From Minisyncoccia bacterium (GTDB taxonomy: Bacteria > Patescibacteriota > Minisyncoccia > Phycocordibacterales > PALSA-1337): a stretch of DNA of 64,000 bases. Location: assembly GCA_044228445.1 (NCBI GenBank), contig JBGAUV010000001.1, forward strand, positions 79,827-143,826, read 5' to 3'. Shown here in pieces: positions 29,485-36,515 of the stretch (its first letter is position 1; each line of letters starts with the position of its first letter). The notes beneath the pieces were generated by a model. It was not told the origin of the DNA, searched no databases, and saw only the letters and a list, made by a program, of their open reading frames with translations. The position numbers and the translations under genes are program-made.

Positions 29485-29724
29485 TTATATTTGATAATCA
29501 ATACTATCACTAATATCACTACCATCATCTTTTGGTATTGGAATTGGTTTTTTCTTTTTGCTCACCAATTCTCCGATCATAGTAATAAGAGATATAATTG
29601 ATAGGCCAGTTACACAACCAAACAAGGCCTTTAATGAAAATATTTTTATTATATATAAAGAAATTGTTAGTATGCATAGAACAACAATTGTAGAAAAAAA
29701 TACTATACCATGTCTGTTTTTCAT
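29485..29724 (-). CDS. Hypothetical small two-TM membrane protein
   Basis: 79 aa with two hydrophobic helices and an acidic tail. It lies between yebC and ruvB on the same strand. Confidence 0.35.
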   Translation of the reverse strand: MKNRHGIVFFSTIVVLCILTISLYIIKIFSLKALFGCVTGLSIISLITMIGELVSKKKKPIPIPKDDGSDISDSIDYQI

Positions 29725-29777
29725 ATTTGGAGCAATTCCTGTAAAATATAACCCCTTTTATCTTTTATGTAAAAACA

Positions 29778-30791
29778 CTATATTCTATCCAAATGAATTT
29801 TTGCTTTATCTGTAACCACTCTTCCTCTAGATGTTCTTTCAAGTAAACCAAGTTGTATAAGATATGGTTCATAAACCTCTTCAACTGTAGCTTGTTCTTC
29901 GGATAGGGCAGCGGCTATGGTATTTAGACCTACAGGACCACCATTAAATTTATCTATAATAGTTTTTAGTATTTCTCTATCAGCATTATTTAAACCTATA
30001 TGATCAACTCCAAGCATAGATAGAGTTTTTTCAACAATATCTTTTGATAAATTACTTTTTTCTATTTGAGCATAATCTCTACATCTCTTTAAGAAATAGT
30101 TTGCTGTTCTAGGTGTAAAACGACTTCTTTGAGCAATGGCACTTACAGCGTGAGGGTGAATATCTACACCTAGAATTTTTGCTGATCTATCAACTATATT
30201 TTCTATTTCTTTTTGAGAATAAAATTCTAGTTTAAATACTCCTCCAGAAAAACGAGAGCGTAAAGGAGAAGAAATCATAGCAATTCTTGTTGTTGCAGCT
30301 ATGAGGGTAAAGGGTGGAAGTTCAAGTTGTATAGTACGAGCTGAAGGTCCTTTACCAATTATGATATCTAAATTACCTGATTCCATAGCAGGGTAGAGAA
30401 CTTCTTCTATGGCTTTATTTAATCTATGAATTTCATCTATAAAAAGTACATCACCTGCAGAAAGATTTGTAAGTATAGAAGCTAGATCGCCAACCTTCAA
30501 AATTGCAGGACCAGAAGTCACTTTTATCTGAGCATTCATCTCTTTTGCAATAAGGTGAGCCAATGTGGTTTTTCCAAGTCCTGGAGGACCATAAAATAGT
30601 ATATGTTCTGGTGGGTGATTGCGTTCTTTTGCAGCTCTAAGGAGTATGTCTAAGTTATCTTTTATGGTTTTTTGACCTATATATTCAGCAAATCTATTGG
30701 GTCTGAGCGTTTGATCAAGGTAACCAACCTCTTTTTCTAAAGGTTCGGTATTTCCACTTGAAACATTGTTATGATTTTTATCTATTGACAT
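29778..30791 (-). CDS. ruvB: Holliday junction branch-migration ATPase RuvB
   Basis: LRPNRFAEYIGQKTIKDNLDILLRAAKERNHPPEHILFYGPPGLGKTTLAHLIAKEM plus a winged-helix C-terminus. 337 aa. Confidence 0.95.
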   Translation of the reverse strand: MSIDKNHNNVSSGNTEPLEKEVGYLDQTLRPNRFAEYIGQKTIKDNLDILLRAAKERNHPPEHILFYGPPGLGKTTLAHLIAKEMNAQIKVTSGPAILKVGDLASILTNLSAGDVLFIDEIHRLNKAIEEVLYPAMESGNLDIIIGKGPSARTIQLELPPFTLIAATTRIAMISSPLRSRFSGGVFKLEFYSQKEIENIVDRSAKILGVDIHPHAVSAIAQRSRFTPRTANYFLKRCRDYAQIEKSNLSKDIVEKTLSMLGVDHIGLNNADREILKTIIDKFNGGPVGLNTIAAALSEEQATVEEVYEPYLIQLGLLERTSRGRVVTDKAKIHLDRI

Positions 30792-30814
30792 TTTATATAA
30801 AGTATGCTAAACTC

Positions 30815-31125
30815 TCCCTAGTTACCAAAAGTCCGATTTTTATGACTGAGAACCTTGAATTGTTTCGGTATTGGATTTAAGAATCTCTAAGCAATATATC
30901 CTGTCTACAGGCTATCTGGTGTAGTATTGAGGACATTCTGGTCTTCACCCCGTGTGTTAGCACTGGGGTTATCCTTGAGACTACCTCTAACTTTTGATGA
31001 TCGCATTAAAAGCATTGCTTAGAGATTTTTAAACCCGATCTCTATTTAATAACTCGTTTATCTACATATATAGTACTATCATTTAAACTAATTTCAATTG
31101 ACACTAAGTCAGTTTTTCTTTTTAA
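30815..31125 (+). ncRNA. Candidate structured ncRNA of unknown class (GC-elevated block in an otherwise AT-rich 343-nt spacer)
   Basis: The 12-nt long-range complement tctctaagcaat (about 30891) pairs with attgcttagaga (about 31014) and encloses nested hairpins (cctgtctacagg; gaggacattctggtcttc; cccgtgtgttagcactgggg). A weak hairpin plus T-run (tgacactaagtcag-tttttcttttt) at 31099-31123 suggests plus-strand termination. There is no ORF. Confidence 0.3.
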
Positions 31126-31134
31126 AGTTAAATT

Positions 31135-32814
31135 TTAGGCTTCAATTGAAATAACTCTCTCTAATTCTTCTATTGTTGTAATTCCATTTAGAATTTTTAT
31201 GGCACCATCTTGTGTCATAGTAAGAATTCCTTCACTTAATGCAACTTTTGCTATTTCATCTTCACTAGAATTATTGTTAATTGCTTCATTTATACTTGGA
31301 TTTAACTTTATTCCTTCATAAATTCCAATTCTTCCTTTGTATCCAGTGTTATTACATTTTTCACAACCAACTGCCACGCATACTTTATCTGTTACTTTAG
31401 GAATTTCTGTTTTATCAACAATAGAATTTAATATTTCATCGATTTTTTTCTTTGTTTCACCTTCCAAAACAATTTCTTTTTTACAAAACTGACAAAGTTT
31501 TCTAAGTAGTCTTTGAGCCAAAGCAATATTTATTGAAGAGCTCATTATTTTTGGGTTTATACCTAGATCAATAAGTCTTGGAAATGAACCAGCAGCACTG
31601 TTTGTGTGTAGGGTAGAGAATACAAGGTGTCCTGTAAGTGAAGAGTTAACAGCAATACTTGCTGTCTCACTATCTCGAATTTCTCCTACCATTATTATGT
31701 CCGGATCTTGGCGCAAAGCAGAACGTAGTCCTTCTAAGAAAGTATATCCTTTATCATTAACTTGAGTTTGAACAATTCCTTGTAAATGATATTCAATAGG
31801 ATCTTCAATTGTTATTATTTTTACTTCTGGACTATGTACTTTTTTCAAAAAAGCATAAAGAGTTGTTGTTTTTCCTGATCCAGTTGGACCTGTTGTAAGG
31901 AGCATTCCATTTGGTTTTTTTATTTCACTTTCTATTATGGATAAAAGCTTTTTTGGAATACCGAGTTCTTCCATAGGTATAGAAATTGTTTTTGGATTCA
32001 AAAGACGCATTACTATAGATTCATTATATGCACCTGGAAGTATAGATGTTCTTATTTCTATATCATTACTACCAATACGAACACTAAATCTTCCATCTTG
32101 AGAATCTTTTTTTATATTTAATTTGAGTCCAGAAAGAAGCTTTATACGAGAAAGTAATAGGGAATAAGTTTCCAAATCAAAATCAATAACTTTTACCAGA
32201 ACTCCATCAAGTCTATATCTAAGTCTTATATATGCTTCTTCTGGTTCTATGTGAATATCTGAAGCGTCGGTTGATAAAGCTCCAGCAAGTATTGTTTCTA
32301 GTATTCTTGAAACTCTATAACTCTTTTTCATTGAAAGAGTGGTTTTTAGTATTTCTATAATAGCAGGTAGGTCTTTTATTTTTTTTACGATTTCTCCAAT
32401 CTCTTCACTAGAAATTTCAAGTGAACCCGCTTTTGATTCATAAGCAAAAGAAAGGTCTTTATATGTATTCCAAGCTTTTTCAAGGCTAGTCGTTGAACAC
32501 ATAACTAATACAGGTTCATAACCTTTTTCTTTTAAATCATTTACTATTTCATCTACTTTTGGATCTGCTGGGTTTCTTACCCCTATTTTTACTTTTCTAC
32601 CTGTAATTGCAAAACCTGCCACCTTTGTTTCTCTTGCTGTTTTTTCATCTATTAATCTCAAAGCATCGGTATTTATTGATACTGCGGATAAATCTATATA
32701 TTCAAGATTGTGTTTTGCTGAAAGTAATTCAACTAGTTCCTCTTCCTCTTTTTTCAAGAGGTCATTCATTTTTCTATTTTGCTTATCTTCATCAAATGTG
32801 ATCATAATATACAT
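31135..32814 (-). CDS. pilB: Type IV pilus assembly / type II secretion ATPase PilB/GspE family
   Basis: 559 aa. Walker A is LLTTGPTGSGKTTTLYAF, with Asp box, Walker B and His box. The tetracysteine motif is CQFCKKE...CEKCNNTGYKGRIGIYE. Confidence 0.9.
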   Translation of the reverse strand: MYIMITFDEDKQNRKMNDLLKKEEEELVELLSAKHNLEYIDLSAVSINTDALRLIDEKTARETKVAGFAITGRKVKIGVRNPADPKVDEIVNDLKEKGYEPVLVMCSTTSLEKAWNTYKDLSFAYESKAGSLEISSEEIGEIVKKIKDLPAIIEILKTTLSMKKSYRVSRILETILAGALSTDASDIHIEPEEAYIRLRYRLDGVLVKVIDFDLETYSLLLSRIKLLSGLKLNIKKDSQDGRFSVRIGSNDIEIRTSILPGAYNESIVMRLLNPKTISIPMEELGIPKKLLSIIESEIKKPNGMLLTTGPTGSGKTTTLYAFLKKVHSPEVKIITIEDPIEYHLQGIVQTQVNDKGYTFLEGLRSALRQDPDIIMVGEIRDSETASIAVNSSLTGHLVFSTLHTNSAAGSFPRLIDLGINPKIMSSSINIALAQRLLRKLCQFCKKEIVLEGETKKKIDEILNSIVDKTEIPKVTDKVCVAVGCEKCNNTGYKGRIGIYEGIKLNPSINEAINNNSSEDEIAKVALSEGILTMTQDGAIKILNGITTIEELERVISIEA

Positions 32815-32821
32815 TATTATA

Positions 32822-32943
32822 ACCCAGAGTGGCTGTTTTGGTAGATAGAGCTAAAAGTTATAAGCCAGAGTAGCCGTTTTGGTAGAGAGATCTAAAAGTT
32901 ATAAGCCAGAGTAGCTTACTTGGTAGTGTTAGCTAGTAATGTA
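32822..32943 (+). repeat. Three tandem degenerate copies (41, 41 and 40 nt) of the 5' half of tRNA-Thr (acceptor plus D-arm) with a 12-nt spacer, directly upstream of the intact tRNA
   Basis: R1 is acccagagtggctgttttggtagatagagctaaaagttata. R2 is agccagagtagccgttttggtagagagatctaaaagttata. R3 is agccagagtagcttacttggtagtgttagctagtaatgta. The intact tRNA begins agccagagtagcttagttggtagagca. Confidence 0.7.
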
Positions 32944-32944
32944 A

Positions 32945-33017
32945 GCCAGAGTAGCTTAGTTGGTAGAGCAACGCTTTCGTAAAGCGGAGGTCGCGGGTTC
33001 GATTCCCGCCTTTGGCT
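32945..33017 (+). tRNA. tRNA-Thr (anticodon CGU)
   Basis: Hand-folded cloverleaf. Acceptor GCCAGAG/CTTTGGC has one G-U pair. D-arm is GCTT-AGTTGGTA-GAGC. Anticodon stem CGCT/AGCG carries loop TTCGTAA. T-arm is GCGGG-TTCGATT-CCCGC. Discriminator is T. The overlapping ORF at 32956-33180 (...IEPKAGIEPATS...) is a typical tRNA mistranslation. Confidence 0.9.
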
Positions 33018-33568
33018 CAATATTTATCCACCTAATATATTGCTTTTTAAAATGATAGGAGTATATTTTATTTGGGTGGTCATTGTTCTTTTTTGTGTTT
33101 ATGGGATGGTGGGAGTCTATCGTGACTACTTCGGGTTCTTCATACATTACTTCACTTGTACCCAGATTCACAAACCCCATTATCTTTCACCACAGGTTAA
33201 AGCGTCTTCCGCTTTTAAATCTGTGAGAACACCGACTTTGACCACCTTTTCTTTATAACCCGAGCGCAAGCTTAGGGTTTCTTTTTTAATTATTAAATTT
33301 GACAATATTTTATATAGGAGTAGAGTAGTGGTGGGTGGTTCAGGTGTTCTTTAAACAGCAGCGACAACCCTTTCTAGAGGGGAACTTAATAAAAGCCCGT
33401 TGCGGGTTCAAAAAAAGAAAAAATCGTTGCTGATAAGATGTTGTTGAGGCGAATAACACTGCTTCACTTCATTGTTACTTGAACCACCCGCTCTTTCAGC
33501 GCTTTTCCTAACGGACTGGCGCTTTTCTTTTGCTTTCTCTTTATTTGTATTTCTGATACTCTTTTAAT

Positions 33569-34465
33569 ATGGATTTGGATAAAGTAGAAATAAAGAAAAG
33601 AATAGATGAAATTGAAGCAATGATGCAAAGTGCTGATTTTTGGATTGATAAAAACAAGGCTCAAGCTCTAGTTAAAGAATTGAAAGATAAAAAAGATGAA
33701 TATGAAACAGGTGGAGCAAAAGCAAAATATGATAAAGGAGAAGCAATTATAACTATTTTTTCAGGTGCAGGAGGGGATGATGCTGAAGATTTTTCAGCTA
33801 TCCTATTTAAAATGTATAGAAAGTATATAGAAAATAAAGGTTTTGGTATGGAAATAATTCATACAAATACCAATGATCATGGTGGATATAGAAATATAAC
33901 TTTTGAGGTAAAGGGTAAGGGAGCTTATGGAGATTTAAAAAATGAATCAGGAGTACATAGACTAGTACGTATTTCACCCTTTAATGCTAAAAAACTAAGA
34001 CACACCTCTTTTTCTATGGTTGAAGTTATACCAAAGTTTGAAAAAGCTAATAGTGCAGATATCGATATTCCTGATAAAGATCTTGAAATATCAATAGCAA
34101 AATCTGGTGGTCCTGGAGGACAAAATGTAAATAAAAGAGAAACTGCTGTGAGAATTGTCCATATTCCAACTGGAATATCAGTTCATGTTACAAGTGAGAG
34201 ATCTCAAGCTCAGAATAAAGAAAAGGCTATGGATATAATAAAAGGAAAGCTATTTAAGGTTATGGAAGAAGAGAGAATTGCAAAAGAAAAAGGTATGCAA
34301 ATAAGCAAAACAACTTCAATAGAATGGGGAAATCAAATAAGATCATATGTAATGCACCCATATAAAATGGTGAAGGATCATAGAACAAATGTAGAAACAT
34401 CAGACATTGATTCTGTATTAGAAGGGAAGATTGAAGAATTTTTACAAGCCGAGAAAGCAATATAA
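33569..34465 (+). CDS. prfB: Peptide chain release factor 2 (no programmed frameshift; short N-terminus)
   Basis: The SPF tripeptide (VRISPFNAKKLRHTSF), GGQ motif (SGGPGGQNVNK) and RF2-type domain 1 (QSADFWIDKNKAQAL) are present. The ORF starts at the position homologous to the E. coli post-frameshift Leu-Asp. There is no upstream ORF0 and no CUU-UGA-C site. Confidence 0.85.
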   Translation: MDLDKVEIKKRIDEIEAMMQSADFWIDKNKAQALVKELKDKKDEYETGGAKAKYDKGEAIITIFSGAGGDDAEDFSAILFKMYRKYIENKGFGMEIIHTNTNDHGGYRNITFEVKGKGAYGDLKNESGVHRLVRISPFNAKKLRHTSFSMVEVIPKFEKANSADIDIPDKDLEISIAKSGGPGGQNVNKRETAVRIVHIPTGISVHVTSERSQAQNKEKAMDIIKGKLFKVMEEERIAKEKGMQISKTTSIEWGNQIRSYVMHPYKMVKDHRTNVETSDIDSVLEGKIEEFLQAEKAI

Positions 34466-34486
34466 TGTTTATGATATACTAAATGT

Positions 34487-35167
34487 ATGATTTATTTTGA
34501 GAAAGTTTCAAAGATATACCCTGACAAATCTCATGCATTAGATAGTGTGACTTTTTCTGTTGAACCAAAAGAATTTACAACAATAGTTGGACACTCAGGT
34601 GCTGGTAAAACAACACTTCTTAAAATGCTTATTGCTGAAGATAGACCTACACATGGCTCTATATTTTTTGAATCAAAGAATATTCATAAACTTGGTAAGA
34701 GTGATATAAATAAATTAAGAAGAAGGATAGGAACAGTTTTTCAGGATTTTAGACTTATACCAAATAAGACTACATATGAAAATATAGCTTTTGCTATGGA
34801 GGCTTCAGGTAGAACAGATAAAGAAATAGCCTCAGACGTTCCTTATGTTCTTGATCTAGTAAATCTTGGAGATAAAATATGGAATTTTCCACATGAACTT
34901 TCAGGAGGGGAAAAACAAAGAGTTGCTATAGCTAGAGCAATTGTAAATCAACCAGATATAATAATTGCTGATGAACCAACAGGAAATCTTGATCCAGTAA
35001 ATACATTTGAAATCATAAAGATAATTCAAAAGATAAATGAACTTGGAACTACAGTTTTACTTACTACACACAATAAAGGTGTGGTAGACATGGTTGGAGG
35101 TAGGGTTATTACAATGGAAAAGGGTAAGATTATTAGAGATGATAAAAGCGGAAAATATATTTTATAA
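34487..35167 (+). CDS. ftsE: Cell-division ABC ATPase FtsE
   Basis: GHSGAGKTTLLKML Walker [15 protein letters not shown] signature and [11 protein letters not shown] Walker B. 226 aa. It is followed by ftsX. Confidence 0.9.
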   Translation: MIYFEKVSKIYPDKSHALDSVTFSVEPKEFTTIVGHSGAGKTTLLKMLIAEDRPTHGSIFFESKNIHKLGKSDINKLRRRIGTVFQDFRLIPNKTTYENIAFAMEASGRTDKEIASDVPYVLDLVNLGDKIWNFPHELSGGEKQRVAIARAIVNQPDIIIADEPTGNLDPVNTFEIIKIIQKINELGTTVLLTTHNKGVVDMVGGRVITMEKGKIIRDDKSGKYIL

Positions 35168-35169
35168 AT

Positions 35170-36126
35170 ATGATATTTACATCAGCAAAAAGAGTAATTA
35201 AAACAGGTTTTATAAATTTTTGGAGAAATGGCTTTTTATCACTAGCCGCTGTAATAACAATTACACTATCTCTTTTAGCTTTTGGTGTACTTATATTTGC
35301 TAGTGCTTTTGGTCAGACACTTGTAGATCAGATAAAGAACAAGGTTGATATAAATGTGTATTTGACTCTAAATGCAGATGAAGCAGATATACTTAATTTA
35401 AAGAGAACAATTGAACAATTGCCAGAGGTTAGTAAGGTTGAATATATAAATAGAGATCAGGTACTAGCAGATTTTAAAGATAAATGGAAAGATAATTCAC
35501 TTATATTACAAGGACTTGAAGAAATAGGGGACAATCCTTTTCCAGCTGTGCTAAATGTAAAAGCAAAAGAACCAAGTCAATATGCAGGAATTTCAAGTTT
35601 CCTTGAAGGCAAAGGTTCATTGTCAAAAGGTGGAATATCTATAGTTGATAAAGTTAATTACAATCAAAATAAACTAGTTATCGATAGATTAGGAAGAATT
35701 ATTCCAGCTGTAGAAAATACCGGATCTATATTAGCTATTACTTTAGTTGTTGTAGCTATTATTATTACTTTCAATACTATTAGATTGATTATATATACTG
35801 CAAAGGATGAAATATCTGTTATGAAACTTGTTGGAGCTTCAAATTCATATATACGTTGGCCTTTTGTAGTTTCGGGTATTATGTGCGGTATATTTTCTGG
35901 AATTTTAACAATAATACTTTTATCAGTTATGGCTTATTATAGTGATGTTGCTATTGTTAAATTTGCAGGTATTGAAAATGCTAATGATTTTGGTCTTTCT
36001 TCAAGTGTTCTTTTGAAATATTTATTAAAAAACATCACTCAGATTTTTGTAATAATTATGGGTTCAGGAATAGTTCTTGGAGCTATATCTAGTTATTTGG
36101 CAGTAAGAAGATATTTGAAGGTTTAG
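35170..36126 (+). CDS. ftsX: Cell-division permease FtsX
   Basis: 318 aa with 4 TM helices and a large extracytoplasmic loop between TM1 and TM2. The N-terminus KRVIKTGFINFWRNGFLSLAAV is conserved. Confidence 0.85.
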   Translation: MIFTSAKRVIKTGFINFWRNGFLSLAAVITITLSLLAFGVLIFASAFGQTLVDQIKNKVDINVYLTLNADEADILNLKRTIEQLPEVSKVEYINRDQVLADFKDKWKDNSLILQGLEEIGDNPFPAVLNVKAKEPSQYAGISSFLEGKGSLSKGGISIVDKVNYNQNKLVIDRLGRIIPAVENTGSILAITLVVVAIIITFNTIRLIIYTAKDEISVMKLVGASNSYIRWPFVVSGIMCGIFSGILTIILLSVMAYYSDVAIVKFAGIENANDFGLSSSVLLKYLLKNITQIFVIIMGSGIVLGAISSYLAVRRYLKV

Positions 36127-36515
36127 TTCATCAAAAGTTTTTCTGTGACAAAATAGGTTCGCTCCCTTGCGCTGCGGAAGCTCCTTTTTCTTCCGATCAT
36201 AGATCTCAGAAAAAAGGACTTCCTTCGCCGGTCGCTCACACTATTTTGTATATATAAATAAAAAAAGCTGGTCAATTCACAGAGGAATCAACCAGCTAGA
36301 CGAGAAAACGAGAAAACAGAAATACGAGCGTAAGGCTAAAAGGCTTTGTTGGAAACTCAACCTTCGTATGTAAAGAACACAAATTCAATACATTATAATA
36401 ATATACTATTTAATATTTTTGTCAAGTGATCTAAAATTTAAAATACATTTCCGAAAATGTGTGTGCTAATTGAAAATTTTTTTGCATTTAAAATACGCTT
36501 TGATAAAATGACTTT

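Noticed and set aside
30792-31134. RNase P RNA (an AAAGUCCG octamer resembles the P4 5' strand)
   Set aside because: There is no CR-II/CR-III element (GGUAAGAGCGCACC-like), no complementary P4 3' strand (ACAGNA..CGGCUUA), and the GC-rich core is only about 220 nt. It is kept only as an unknown-class ncRNA candidate.
32822-32943. Possible CRISPR array (regular 41-nt periodicity)
   Set aside because: The units are degenerate copies of the adjacent tRNA-Thr 5' half, not identical repeats separated by unique spacers. There are only 3 units and no cas genes in the window.
32956-33180. Minus-strand 74-aa ORF (…IEPKAGIEPATSALRKR…)
   Set aside because: It overlaps tRNA-Thr, and the peptide is the classic mistranslation of a tRNA T-arm and acceptor.
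33040-33258. Plus-strand 72-aa hydrophobic ORF downstream of tRNA-Thr
   Set aside because: It has one plausible TM helix but an odd, low-complexity C-terminus and no SD or operon context. It lies within the GC-elevated candidate RNA region, so it is not called.
33440-33571. Programmed +1 frameshift site for prfB (looked for CUU UGA C or a UUU UAA U slip at 33562-33568)
   Set aside because: The -1 frame upstream encodes a hydrophobic non-RF2 peptide (LLLEPPALSALFLTDWRF...). The ATG at 33569 aligns with the post-shift part of RF2, so a frameshift-less prfB is the simpler reading.
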